In this document: piece by piece, positions 1 through 8,816 of the stretch
Layout: each line of letters begins with the position of its first letter
Numbering within the stretch: position 1 is the first letter of the stretch
IMG/VR virus record: IMGVR_UViG_2974792740_000001
Span: 1-64,000 of that record
Source of the DNA: a virus
Taxonomy: Duplodnaviria > Caudoviricetes
Length of the DNA stretch: 64,000 bases
Reading direction: 5' to 3' (one strand)
The notes under the pieces: model-generated
Told to the model about the DNA's origin: nothing
The model's database searches: none
The model's input: only the letters and a program-made list of their open reading frames with translations
Translations under genes and position numbers: made by a program

Positions 1-79
1 AGCGACCCTTTCACTCACAGCAGATCCGGCGCTGCATCAGACCGGCCATTGCTGGCCCTGAGAGGCCCGTAGGCAGCAG

Positions 80-113
80 AAAACCCCTGGTCAGGTGTAC
101 TAACCAGGGGTTT
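80..113. terminator. Intrinsic terminator-like hairpin downstream of the leftward accessory genes
   Basis: AAACCCCTGGT (81-91) / ACCAGGGGTTT (103-113) inverted repeat; T-run follows on the minus strand. Confidence 0.65.
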
Positions 114-146
114 CCGTCAGAAGCGAACTGAGAGGGTTATCCGCTC

Positions 147-485
147 CTAGCTTGCAGGTTCTCCCGAAGGCTCACTCGGCTCGGTCGGTTCGGTCGGCTC
201 CGTTGGCTCAGTCGGTTCGGTCGGCTCAGCAGGGGCTTCCTCTTCCGGCTTGGGCTTCTTGTACTCCGGGCCGGAATGCTCGAACGGCGGAACCTGACCT
301 TCACCGCCGTCACCGCCCGCGAGACCTCCGGGGCCTACCGGGAAGTCGGGAAGGCAGGGGGCGAACTGGCCGTTGCCGAGAGGGATGCGGCAGGGCTCGT
401 GCTTGTCCGCGAATGCGGCTCCCGTACCGGCCCCGGCGAGAACTCCCAAAGCGAGGACGACTCCTGCGATCTTCATGCGAATCAT
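147..485 (-). CDS. Small secreted protein with Pro-Thr-Glu repeat tail
   Basis: Signal-peptide-like N-terminus (MKIAGVVLALGVLAGAGTGAAFA), C-terminal (EPT)n repeats; start placed at ATG 485 behind an AATGGAGAA SD-like motif. Confidence 0.7.
   Translation of the reverse strand: MIRMKIAGVVLALGVLAGAGTGAAFADKHEPCRIPLGNGQFAPCLPDFPVGPGGLAGGDGGEGQVPPFEHSGPEYKKPKPEEEAPAEPTEPTEPTEPTEPTEPSEPSGEPAS
176..228 (-). repeat. 9-bp tandem repeat encoding (Pro-Thr-Glu)n
   Basis: Repeated TCGGTCGG(C/T) units in the gene at 147-485. Confidence 0.85.
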
Positions 486-506
486 TTTCTTCTCCATTCT
501 CTGTTG

Positions 507-773
507 TTAGAAGTTTTCTCTGCGCTGCTGGCGAAGCTGAGCGACTATCTCGGCTTCGCCCAGTGTCAAACCTTTGTCGAGCATTGCTTGCCGGTCTGCC
601 TGGACTCCCGCGTCTGCGACACCTTGTGCGAGTTTGATGAGTCCGATGAATCCGAACATGAAGATGCCGAGTAGGACGCCGCCGAGTGCGGGTCCACCTT
701 GCATGAGGATGGCGAGGATCCCGCAGATGGCGGTGAAGATCAGCGATGCTTTCATGTCCGGATCGTACATCAT
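507..773 (-). CDS. Small membrane protein (2 TM)
   Basis: Two hydrophobic segments followed by a charged tail. Confidence 0.7.
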   Translation of the reverse strand: MMYDPDMKASLIFTAICGILAILMQGGPALGGVLLGIFMFGFIGLIKLAQGVADAGVQADRQAMLDKGLTLGEAEIVAQLRQQRRENF

Positions 774-964
774 GGCAACGGGTTGGGGATACGTTCCGTT
801 GAAGATGTTGCACAGACTGTCACGGATTCGCCTGTTTGGAGGACGTGCAGCACGTGCCGAAGGAACTCCACGAGCGGGCTATCTCCATGCTCGCAGTCAT
901 CCAGACGTTCCAGGACGGAATGCAGGTCTTGGATGTTCTCTTCGGTCGGATGAAGCGTTTTCAT
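770..964 (-). CDS. Hypothetical protein (64 aa)
   Basis: MKTLHPTEENIQDLHSVLERL...; ATGA-type overlaps with both neighbours; C-terminal part of ORF-track entry 770-1612. Confidence 0.55.
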   Translation of the reverse strand: MKTLHPTEENIQDLHSVLERLDDCEHGDSPLVEFLRHVLHVLQTGESVTVCATSSTERIPNPLP

Positions 965-1083
965 CAGAGCTTGCCCTTCTCGTAGCAGTCGGTGCAGATG
1001 TCCCAGAGGTTGCCGTCCGGGTCGCGGTAGAGGTCTTCTGGTGTGACGGGTTGGAAGCATCGGATGCAGATTCCCTGTATCAC
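964..1083 (-). CDS. Tiny Zn-ribbon-like protein (39 aa), not in ORF track
   Basis: Translated by hand: VIQGICIRCFQPVTPEDLYRDPDGNLWDICTDCYEKGKL; CxxC...CxxC; fills the gap between neighbours. Confidence 0.5.
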   Translation of the reverse strand: MIQGICIRCFQPVTPEDLYRDPDGNLWDICTDCYEKGKL

Positions 1084-1086
1084 GCT

Positions 1087-1335
1087 TCAGCCCATTCCCC
1101 ACCTGCCGTTCGCGAGCCAGATGTTTATCAAGTCCTGGCTGGCGGCAATGATGTCGAGCACTTCGTCTTCCGGGAACCGCTGTTCGATAAGGCCACGTTC
1201 CGCGTCCGCGAGCATGTTGGCGTCGGTGTGGTCGTGCAATTCGGAGAAGGACTTGCACACGCTGAGCCTGTCGTCCTCTGCGATCTCTTCTTTGAGTGCC
1301 GTGGTGTACAGCTTGACGGCATCCGAGCGGTTCAT
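1087..1335 (-). CDS. Hypothetical protein
   Basis: 82-aa ORF overlapping the upstream stop; contains SFSELHDHTDAN motif typical of small phage proteins. Confidence 0.6.
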   Translation of the reverse strand: MNRSDAVKLYTTALKEEIAEDDRLSVCKSFSELHDHTDANMLADAERGLIEQRFPEDEVLDIIAASQDLINIWLANGRWGMG

Positions 1336-1859
1336 CCGTACACCAGCTCCCCGTTGAAGATGCCCGCCTGAATGATCGCGTCGAAGTCCAGGGCATCCAG
1401 GTCCGAGTCTTCTCCATTGGTGCGGTCGAACAGAATGAACCGGCTTTGCGTGTCCCCGAACGGGCTATCCACATAGCCACTGTTGCTGTACCGGGTGAGG
1501 CCGAAGCTGATGCGCCGGAACCCTTCGATGATGTGAGCCGGGGTGATGTAGTGACGCTCGCCAGTCTCGACTTCCACGATCTCCATCGCGACGATGCGGT
1601 CATTGCCTGCACGCACTGTTGCGATCACGTCAGCCCACGGGGCGGACCCGTTGACGCCTTCTTCGATGATGCTCGTCAGGAACTCCCAACGCTTATCGGT
1701 CATCGCGGGCAGGTCCATCAGGGCGGTTCGCGCATAGTGAAGCGTATTGAGATTTCTGTGCCCGGTACTTGTCGGCTGAGTGCACTTCTCCCCCGGCTTC
1801 GAGAAGCACGCCGGGCAGGTGAGGTTGATGGCAAGGTCTTCGGAAATCTGGGTGCTCAT
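1332..1859 (-). CDS. Hypothetical protein with N-terminal CxxC Zn-finger-like motif
   Basis: CPAC...C...H; SD-like AACGGAGAA upstream. Confidence 0.65.
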   Translation of the reverse strand: MSTQISEDLAINLTCPACFSKPGEKCTQPTSTGHRNLNTLHYARTALMDLPAMTDKRWEFLTSIIEEGVNGSAPWADVIATVRAGNDRIVAMEIVEVETGERHYITPAHIIEGFRRISFGLTRYSNSGYVDSPFGDTQSRFILFDRTNGEDSDLDALDFDAIIQAGIFNGELVYG

Positions 1860-1892
1860 GGTGAGAGTTCTCCGTTCTCTGTTGGTTGTAAA

Positions 1893-2285
1893 TCAGATTT
1901 CAGTGTAGATGGTGGACAAGTCCAGGTCGACGTTGGGCTCTTTCTTGAAGTTGTCGAGCGCCTTAGTGAGTGCAAGCATGATCGCGTCCGTCTCGCTTGA
2001 GGGCTGGCAGTCAACCGGGGTAGCCATCGAGTAGGTCACGTCATATCCGGTGCGGAGGTCGTAAATGCCGACCAGGATCGTGAAATCACTCAAGTTGAGT
2101 TCGCCGTAACGCTCGTCGGGAATGATGTCGCCGCACTCGTGAGTGATGAGAACTTCGTAATCCTTGCTCAGATTGGCTTGCAGGGCCATGCAGCCGCCGC
2201 CCGTGTGGTGGATTCCGAAATGCCACGGTGTCTGATCGTTGAGGTGTGCGACGTGGCGGGCCTGGCGTCCGTAGGTGTATTCCAT
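1893..2285 (-). CDS. Hypothetical protein
   Basis: 130-aa ORF with AACGGAGAA SD-like motif upstream. Confidence 0.65.
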   Translation of the reverse strand: MEYTYGRQARHVAHLNDQTPWHFGIHHTGGGCMALQANLSKDYEVLITHECGDIIPDERYGELNLSDFTILVGIYDLRTGYDVTYSMATPVDCQPSSETDAIMLALTKALDNFKKEPNVDLDLSTIYTEI

Positions 2286-2321
2286 TGGGTTCTCCGTTCC
2301 AACTCTTGATGCTTGTTGATG

Positions 2322-3425
2322 CTAGGCGTTGAGGGATTGGCGAACCGAATCCCACGACTCGTCACCGAGCCTCGCATACCGTTCCGTGATTGTCACCGAG
2401 CTATGCCCGAGCAGTCGGGAAACGACTTCGAGCTTCACCCCGTCTTGCAGAAGCCACGACGCGTAAGTGTGTCGCAAATCGTGCGGGCGCATCGGGCCAA
2501 CAATCCGCTCGATACCTTCCTCGGACACCTTGGCCGCATTCCCCGCCGCAATGATCGCGTGGGAGAAATTGGTGGGTGCCCACGGCATCCCTGACGGACC
2601 GGAAAGGATCACCCCGTGGCGCGGAGTAAGTGACTTCGGCTCGTACGGGAATGAGGTCGCCTCGCCGTAGCCGTATTCCGCCAGCCGCTCACGAAGAGCG
2701 GTTTCCAACTCGTCGCTCATCGGGACGAAACGGCGAGACCGATTCTTGAGCGGGGTGAAGACCTTCGATTTCCGATCCCAGGCGAGCACGAGTTCAATTC
2801 GCTTGTTCTTGAAATCAACGTGATCCCAATGAAGGGCAACGGCCTCTCCCCAGCGCGCCCCCGTGGAAATGAGCACCTGCCAAATGAACAGATTCATTCC
2901 TGTCAGGAGGGCGGAAACAGCATTCGCCTCGTCGTGGGTGAGGTATCGGTCGGGTGTGGGATCCGGCTTCGGCTTCTTCACCCCAATGCACGGATTCGAG
3001 GGGATCAGCTTCGCGTACACGGCTGCTTTCATCGCTGCCGACAGATTGTGTACGTGCTTCGTGATTGTGGACGGAGAAAGGTTCTCAGCGGCCAATTCGT
3101 TGATCCACTCGTCAATGGCGGTGTGGTCGATTTCCGCGAGAGGTGTGGAACCGAACTTGGGGAGCACCCGGTTATTGAACCTGGCCTCGTCTTCGAGTTT
3201 GGTTTTCCGGGTGACGCGGCGGGTTTCGAACCAGTCGTCGTACCACTCCTGAAGGGTGACCTCGGAGAGGGCCTGTTCGTCCTTCCGGGACACGGCCTCT
3301 TTGTGGGATGCGGCCTTCATGGCGTCGAGCTTGCGTGGGTGCATCCCTGCCGACTTCACCTTGCCGCTGGCGTCTCGGTAGAGCCCCTGCCACTTGCCTG
3401 ATGGTTTCTTCACTGTCCATGCCAT
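2322..3425 (-). CDS. int: Tyrosine integrase
   Basis: Catalytic motifs TGARWGEA (R), HDLRH (HxxR), LLGH, ERYAR (Y); N-terminal arm-binding-like domain; start placed at ATG 3425 (MAWTVKK). Confidence 0.95.
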   Translation of the reverse strand: MAWTVKKPSGKWQGLYRDASGKVKSAGMHPRKLDAMKAASHKEAVSRKDEQALSEVTLQEWYDDWFETRRVTRKTKLEDEARFNNRVLPKFGSTPLAEIDHTAIDEWINELAAENLSPSTITKHVHNLSAAMKAAVYAKLIPSNPCIGVKKPKPDPTPDRYLTHDEANAVSALLTGMNLFIWQVLISTGARWGEAVALHWDHVDFKNKRIELVLAWDRKSKVFTPLKNRSRRFVPMSDELETALRERLAEYGYGEATSFPYEPKSLTPRHGVILSGPSGMPWAPTNFSHAIIAAGNAAKVSEEGIERIVGPMRPHDLRHTYASWLLQDGVKLEVVSRLLGHSSVTITERYARLGDESWDSVRQSLNA

Positions 3426-3500
3426 GCGTGGAGCGTAGCAGACGGTTAGCAACTCACCCTGCTAACCAGAATCCGTGTGGTTAGCAACGGTTGACACCAC

Positions 3501-3540
3501 GAGAGGACATGAGAGGTCGTGAGAGGTCATGAGAGGTCAC
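3501..3540 (+). repeat. Four direct 10-bp repeats GAGAGG(A/T)C(A/G)(T/C) in attP
   Basis: gagaggacat gagaggtcgt gagaggtcat gagaggtcac; period of about one helical turn. Confidence 0.85.
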
Positions 3541-3630
3541 CCCGAATCCGCCGGCAACAGCCCTGACCTGCATGTAGTTCGGGTGTCTTGACTGGTCAGA
3601 GGCTTGCTGCTATGTCCGCACATAAACGCC

Positions 3631-3673
3631 TTCAAAATCCGTACCGGTGTGGGTTCGACTCCCACCGGGGGCA
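3631..3673 (+). other. attP common core = 3' half of a tRNA-Leu(CAA)
   Basis: TTCAAAA anticodon loop, T-arm GTGGG-TTCGACT-CCCAC, acceptor 3' strand CGGGGGC-A; no 5' half upstream; next to integrase. Confidence 0.85.
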
Positions 3674-3800
3674 CAGGTCACAGCACGTTTTGGAGCGGAC
3701 GGACGGAGGGCGTAGTTAGCAAATGGTTGACAACCTCCTGTCCTGGGTAGCACGAAGCCCCCTGACTCGATGCCAGGGGGCTTCGCTGCTGTACGGAGTT

Positions 3801-3950
3801 TCAGACCAGTTCCACGACCTCCCACTTCTCAAGTTTGAAGTTCCAAACGTGCAGGATTCCGTCATCGTCGGTGCGATGGGCCGACCACCCCTGTCGGGGC
3901 TCGCGGTACTCGCGGGTGTGCACGATGCGGCAGGTCTTACACACCTTCAC
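3801..3950 (-). CDS. Small hypothetical protein (49 aa), not in ORF track
   Basis: Translated by hand: VKVCKTCRIVHTREYREPRQGWSAHRTDDDGILHVWNFKLEKWEVVELV; starts 3 nt after the upstream stop. Confidence 0.45.
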   Translation of the reverse strand: MKVCKTCRIVHTREYREPRQGWSAHRTDDDGILHVWNFKLEKWEVVELV

Positions 3951-3953
3951 CGG

Positions 3954-4313
3954 TCACCACCGATGCGGAGAGCCGAGAGGGTACGTCAAACGCCCTGAGT
4001 TGCCCGTAGACGAGCTAAATCGGCGTTTGCCAGGGCTGATGCCCAAAACATCTTCCAGTTCCTTACGGAGCTGATGCGAGGCCCCCAGCGTGAATGGGGT
4101 TTCTGAGCCTGTCCGGCTCTTCCATACGACGCGGCGAATTGACGGCCCGTCGTATTCCACCACCAGGTGCCTTCCGCCTGGGCGTTCCGTGAATTCGACT
4201 CTTGAGAGCATTCCTGCGGAACGATCCGTGCCCTGCACTGGGCGACATTCCAGATCGCATACCCAAAAGCCACTCTGTACTGCGCGTTCAACGTGCACAA
4301 ACGCCAGGTTCAT
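3954..4313 (-). CDS. Hypothetical protein
   Basis: ATG 4313 preceded by the same AATGGAGAA motif as other leftward genes. Confidence 0.55.
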   Translation of the reverse strand: MNLAFVHVERAVQSGFWVCDLECRPVQGTDRSAGMLSRVEFTERPGGRHLVVEYDGPSIRRVVWKSRTGSETPFTLGASHQLRKELEDVLGISPGKRRFSSSTGNSGRLTYPLGSPHRW

Positions 4314-4472
4314 ATCAGGTTCTCCATTCCTTTTGTTGAGGGGCGCAACAGAGTATACCGCATCGCTCAAAAACGTCGCTAACAATCTCAAAAAAATAGC
4401 GTGTCCCCCCGGCTCTTAATGTGAAAGATGTATTGACTTATTGACAATCGTTTTCACTAAGGGGATTCCGAG

Positions 4473-4811
4473 TTGTTTGACGTTGAATCTCTCGGAATAG
4501 CCGGGAAAGAACTCTGGACAGGTGTCCACGCAATCCGCAAAGTGACCCCCGCATATGAGGCACTGCTATTCAACGCGTGCCGTATCGCCGACCGTCTCGA
4601 TGAACTCACAAATGAGATGAGCATGTCTGCTCTAACCGTCGAGAACGCCAAGGGCGACGAAATCGCAAACCCATTGATGACCGAACACCGCCAACAGCTC
4701 TTGGCATTGCGTCAAGTGCTGCACGGATTAGGCATCCAAAAGCTCGAAACCGAAACAACAAAACGCAAGCCTCTCGCCGAACAAATCGCGGAGGCCAAAA
4801 AGAGGGGTTGA
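4473..4811 (+). CDS. Terminase small subunit
   Basis: ACRIADRLDEL...NPLMTEHRQQ motif typical of actinophage TerS; directly upstream of TerL. Confidence 0.8.
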   Translation: MFDVESLGIAGKELWTGVHAIRKVTPAYEALLFNACRIADRLDELTNEMSMSALTVENAKGDEIANPLMTEHRQQLLALRQVLHGLGIQKLETETTKRKPLAEQIAEAKKRG

Positions 4812-4817
4812 TACGCT

Positions 4818-6263
4818 TTGACTCGAATTGGAGCGCGACTTCCCCCTAAACCCAATTACCACGTCCCCCTCTTCCACACCTCGCTCGGCGAAGACGCCAT
4901 TATCCTGGCGCGGCTGGCAGGACTCGACCTGGACGAGTGGCAGCAAAACGTCCTCGAATGTTCCCTCCGATACAAGGAGACCGGAAAGTTCGCAGCCCCG
5001 GACATGACGCTGATTGTTCCCCGCCAGAACGGTAAGGGATCGATCATTGAGGCTCGTGAACTCGCTGGACTGTTCCTGCTCAAGGAAAAAGTCATCATGC
5101 ACTCGGCCCACGAGCACAAGACTGCGAAAGAGGGCCACCGCCGGCTAAAGCACCTCATCGAATCCACACCCGAACTCATGGAAGAGACTTTGATCTTCCG
5201 GAACTCTGGTGCGGAAACGTCCGTGGAATTGCGGGACGGCTGTCGTGTGCTTTTCGTGGCACGTTCTGGCGGCTCGGGCCGTGGCTACACGGTTGACACT
5301 CTGATCCTTGATGAGGCGTACAACCTGCCCGAGGATGCGTTGGAAGCAATGACGCCCACGCAGGCCGCTGTCAAGAATCCGCAAATCTGGTTCATCTCGT
5401 CCACAGGTATGGACGACTCGGATGTTTTGCGCCGTAAGAGTGACGCCGGGAAGGCGAAGCTTGACGGTATCGGATACTTCGAATGGAAGGCCGATGACGA
5501 CTGTGACCCGAATGACCGGGACCAGTGGTATCAGGCCAACCCGGCTTTGGGGATCCGGCTCGACGAGGATTATGTGGCTGGCGAGTCTCGCACTCTGTCG
5601 CCTGTCGGTTTCGCTCGTGAACGTCTTGGCCTGTGGGCCAGCATGGACATCGACTCGCTTATCCCCGCCACCGTGTGGGACAACCTTGCGTACAAAGACT
5701 GGCAGATCGATGACCCGGCTCCCGGCTCGTCCGGACCTTTGCGGGACAGGATTTCGTTCGCTGTAGACATCGACCCGGAAGGGCAGACAGCGGCTATCTA
5801 TGCCGCCGGCCAGGACCGTGACGGCCTTTATGCGATCGAGCGTGTGGCATTCGAAGACGGTATCCAGTGGGTGCCCGAGTACCTGAAGCTGCTCGTCGAG
5901 AAGAACAACCCCCAGTCTGTTGCCCTGGATGTGAGTGGCCCATGTGGTGCTCTAGTGCCCGAGCTGCAAAAGCTTGGCATCGAGTACAACGCGATGAACG
6001 TCAACGACGTCAAGTCTGCTTGTGGACAGTTCCTTGCCGTCGTATGTGACAGCAAGTTGAGGCACCGCCGAGCGGTAGACGACCCGGCTCTTAAGACCGC
6101 TGTCCAGATGGGCATCAAACGAACCATTGGACATCAAGGCGCTTGGGCATGGGCGCGCAAAGACATGCAATCGAACATTAGCCCGCTGGTTGCTGCCACC
6201 TACGCCCTGTATGCGTACACGGCTTTCAAAGAAGAGCCGAAGCGTGGCGGGAAGGTTTGGTAA
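4818..6263 (+). CDS. Terminase large subunit
   Basis: VPRQNGKGS Walker A, LILDEA Walker B, C-terminal RNase H-like FAVDID motif. Confidence 0.95.
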   Translation: MTRIGARLPPKPNYHVPLFHTSLGEDAIILARLAGLDLDEWQQNVLECSLRYKETGKFAAPDMTLIVPRQNGKGSIIEARELAGLFLLKEKVIMHSAHEHKTAKEGHRRLKHLIESTPELMEETLIFRNSGAETSVELRDGCRVLFVARSGGSGRGYTVDTLILDEAYNLPEDALEAMTPTQAAVKNPQIWFISSTGMDDSDVLRRKSDAGKAKLDGIGYFEWKADDDCDPNDRDQWYQANPALGIRLDEDYVAGESRTLSPVGFARERLGLWASMDIDSLIPATVWDNLAYKDWQIDDPAPGSSGPLRDRISFAVDIDPEGQTAAIYAAGQDRDGLYAIERVAFEDGIQWVPEYLKLLVEKNNPQSVALDVSGPCGALVPELQKLGIEYNAMNVNDVKSACGQFLAVVCDSKLRHRRAVDDPALKTAVQMGIKRTIGHQGAWAWARKDMQSNISPLVAATYALYAYTAFKEEPKRGGKVW

Positions 6264-7762
6264 TGAACCAGAGGATCACTTATCAGGACTGGCGACAGCC
6301 TGAGCAGCTACAGCTTTTGGGTGAGTACGACGACCAACTCACTGATCCTAAAGAGATCGTGAAGAAGGCTGAGTCGTTGTGGCGAGACCACGAAGTGGAA
6401 CGCGACCGGCTGGCGAAGATCGATCAGTGGTACAAGGGCGAGCAGGAACCGCACAATGTGCGCGGAGCTACCCCCGAGCTGCAAGAGTTGTTGGCCTTGT
6501 CGCGCACCCCTTGGCTGGGGTTGGTTGTTACGACTATCGCGCAGGCCATGTACGTCGATGGTTATCGTTCGCCGGTCACTGGCGATGACGTTCCGGGGCC
6601 TTGGCGTATCTGGAACGACAACGGGATGCACAAGCATCAGATCGCTATCCACCGGGCGGCGCTCGGCTACGGGTATGCGTACGCACTTGTTGAGGCTGGC
6701 GTTTCCCCGCTGACACAGGAACCAACTGCGCGCATCAAGGGCATGAGCCCGAAGCGCATGTTCGCCGTTTATGACGATCCGGCTGTTGATGACTGGCCGG
6801 TGTACGCGTTGCGCGTTGATCGTGCCGAGAATGAGCGCAAGCTGTTCACTTTCTACGACTCGACGTTCGCGCACTCGTTGACCCTTCACGAAGGCAAATG
6901 GACGATTCACTCGACGGCCCCGCACGGGGCTGGGGTGGTTCCGGTTGTGCGGTACACGAACGCTCTGGACCTTGACGGCAATGCGCCTGGCGAGGTTGAG
7001 CCGTTCATCGTGGTGGCTGCTCGTGTGGACAAGTCCAGCTTCGACCGGCTGCTCACTCAGCACTACAACTCGTGGAAGAAGTTCTACGTCTCGGGCATGA
7101 CCGACATCACCGACGCCGAAGAGGCGCGGTTGGCGAAGATGCGTATCCGCCAGGATGACGTGATCGTTGCCGAGTCTGTCGAGACCAAGTTCGGCACGAT
7201 CGACGAGACGGACCTGAACGGGTTCATCAACGTCATCAACGCCGATGTTGAGCACCTTGCCGCTGTGTCTCAGCTTCCGTCGCACCTGCTGACCGGAAAG
7301 CTTGTCAACCTGTCATCGGATGCTTTGTCCGCTGCCCGCGCTCCCCTCACCCAAAAGGTGTACGAGCGTCAGGTGTCGTTCGGTGCATCACACGCACAGC
7401 TACTCCGACTGGCTTCGGCAATGTCCGGGGACTTGTCAGGGGCTTCCGATGTGCTTGCCCGCGTCTCGTGGCAGGACATGGAAATCCGTTCACTGGCTCA
7501 GGCCGCTGACGCTCTCGGAAAGATGGCCGTGCAGCTTGGCATTCCGCGTATCGCTTTGTGGCGGATGCTGCCGGGTGTCACTCAGGATGACATTGACGAG
7601 TGGAAGGAACACTTGCTCGATGATGATCCGACTGCGGTGTATCTGCGTGAGCTGAACGCCACGGGTTCGCAGCAGAAGGACGACGGGGACGACCAGACCG
7701 ATTCTGAAGAGAACGGCACTGTGGATCCTGAGAAGAATTCAGGCTCAACGAGTGGCGACTGA
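6263..7762 (+). CDS. Portal protein
   Basis: About 500 aa following TerL; actinophage portal motifs (PWLGLVV, HRAALGYG, VVPVVRY); acidic tail. Confidence 0.9.
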   Translation: MNQRITYQDWRQPEQLQLLGEYDDQLTDPKEIVKKAESLWRDHEVERDRLAKIDQWYKGEQEPHNVRGATPELQELLALSRTPWLGLVVTTIAQAMYVDGYRSPVTGDDVPGPWRIWNDNGMHKHQIAIHRAALGYGYAYALVEAGVSPLTQEPTARIKGMSPKRMFAVYDDPAVDDWPVYALRVDRAENERKLFTFYDSTFAHSLTLHEGKWTIHSTAPHGAGVVPVVRYTNALDLDGNAPGEVEPFIVVAARVDKSSFDRLLTQHYNSWKKFYVSGMTDITDAEEARLAKMRIRQDDVIVAESVETKFGTIDETDLNGFINVINADVEHLAAVSQLPSHLLTGKLVNLSSDALSAARAPLTQKVYERQVSFGASHAQLLRLASAMSGDLSGASDVLARVSWQDMEIRSLAQAADALGKMAVQLGIPRIALWRMLPGVTQDDIDEWKEHLLDDDPTAVYLRELNATGSQQKDDGDDQTDSEENGTVDPEKNSGSTSGD

Positions 7763-8771
7763 CCAGAAGCGTCAGGCCGAGGACTATGACTCGATATGGG
7801 AACTGATTGCCGCCTATCTGATGCTGAAGCATCGGCGGAAACAGGAAGAGATCGCTGAGGATGTCCGGGCGGGCGTGATCCGCACGTACCGGCGTCTCGA
7901 TTTCACCGACCTGGACAACTCACAGTTGTGGTGGGTCGATGGGACACTTCCAACCCTCCAAAAGGGGTTTGAGGCATCCCAGAAGGCGACCGTCACATTC
8001 CTGAAAGACTATCGGGCCTTGCGGGTTCAACAGCTTGGGCTTGATGAAGCACCGCGACCAAACATTGTTACCGCGCGACAGGCTGCAACGACTGCGGCTA
8101 TCGCACGGACTCGACCGACCGGCGTTGCGCCGGAATTCAATCAGGGGCAGGCCGCTGCACGCCTTTTGGCGACTGGTCCTGCTCGGGTGAAGAAAGCTAT
8201 GCCCGCGCCGGCCGATCAGGCTATGGCGAAGGGCTTGAAGGGTGCCCTGGGCTCTGCTGTCCAGGTTGCCATGCAGGGTGGCCGCGAGGTTGCTTTGCAG
8301 GAAGTTCGTGAGGATCGACTCATCACGGGCTACCAGAGAATCACGGACTCTGACCCGTGCTATTTCTGCGCCTTGTTGGCCGCGAATGGGCCGTTCACTA
8401 CGCGCTCATATCAAAACAACAGGGCTTTCAACGTTAACAGGCGAACTGGTGAAGCTTTCGCCCCTAACGCTGCGTTTGCTGTGACCGGCGAGCCTGAGGG
8501 TATCGCTAAGGTGCACGACCACTGCTGCTGTGTGCTTGTCCCCGTCTATGAGGGCGAGTTCCAGAAGACTGAAGCTGCCCGGGTGGGTGCTTCTTTGTGG
8601 GAGAAGGCGTCGGAGTCTGATTCGTCGCTGAATACATATCGGCGGCTCTATGAGTCGCTGCGTAGGGAGTCGGGTCCGATCAGGGATCCCGAACCCGATA
8701 TTCGGTCTGCACTCACCTTGATTGGTGATGATGCGGATCTTCAGCCTTGGGCAAAAGTCCTGGCTGCGTGA
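7752..8771 (+). CDS. MuF-like minor capsid / head morphogenesis protein
   Basis: Follows portal; YQRITDSDPCYFCALLA and HDHCCC motifs. Confidence 0.75.
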   Translation: MATDQKRQAEDYDSIWELIAAYLMLKHRRKQEEIAEDVRAGVIRTYRRLDFTDLDNSQLWWVDGTLPTLQKGFEASQKATVTFLKDYRALRVQQLGLDEAPRPNIVTARQAATTAAIARTRPTGVAPEFNQGQAAARLLATGPARVKKAMPAPADQAMAKGLKGALGSAVQVAMQGGREVALQEVREDRLITGYQRITDSDPCYFCALLAANGPFTTRSYQNNRAFNVNRRTGEAFAPNAAFAVTGEPEGIAKVHDHCCCVLVPVYEGEFQKTEAARVGASLWEKASESDSSLNTYRRLYESLRRESGPIRDPEPDIRSALTLIGDDADLQPWAKVLAA

Positions 8772-8816
8772 CCCGATCTGGGTCGTTCATTCAACCCACT
8801 TTCGGGTTGCGAGATA

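Larger units (their letters stand above)
3444..3734. promoter_or_regulatory. attP arm-type sites flanking the core
   Basis: GGTTAGCAAC at 3444 and 3479; GGTTAGCAAC-GGTTGACACC (3479-3498) mirrored by AGTTAGCAAA-TGGTTGACAAC (3714-3734) on the other side of the core. Confidence 0.65.

Noticed and set aside
3501-3540. Direct repeats as a mini CRISPR array
   Set aside because: 10-bp units with no spacers and no cas genes; the Cas4-like nuclease at 39 kb is a common phage recombination exonuclease.
3610-3680. Possible complete tRNA gene next to the integrase
   Set aside because: Only the anticodon loop to 3' end is present; no D-arm or 5' acceptor strand, so it is called attP core.
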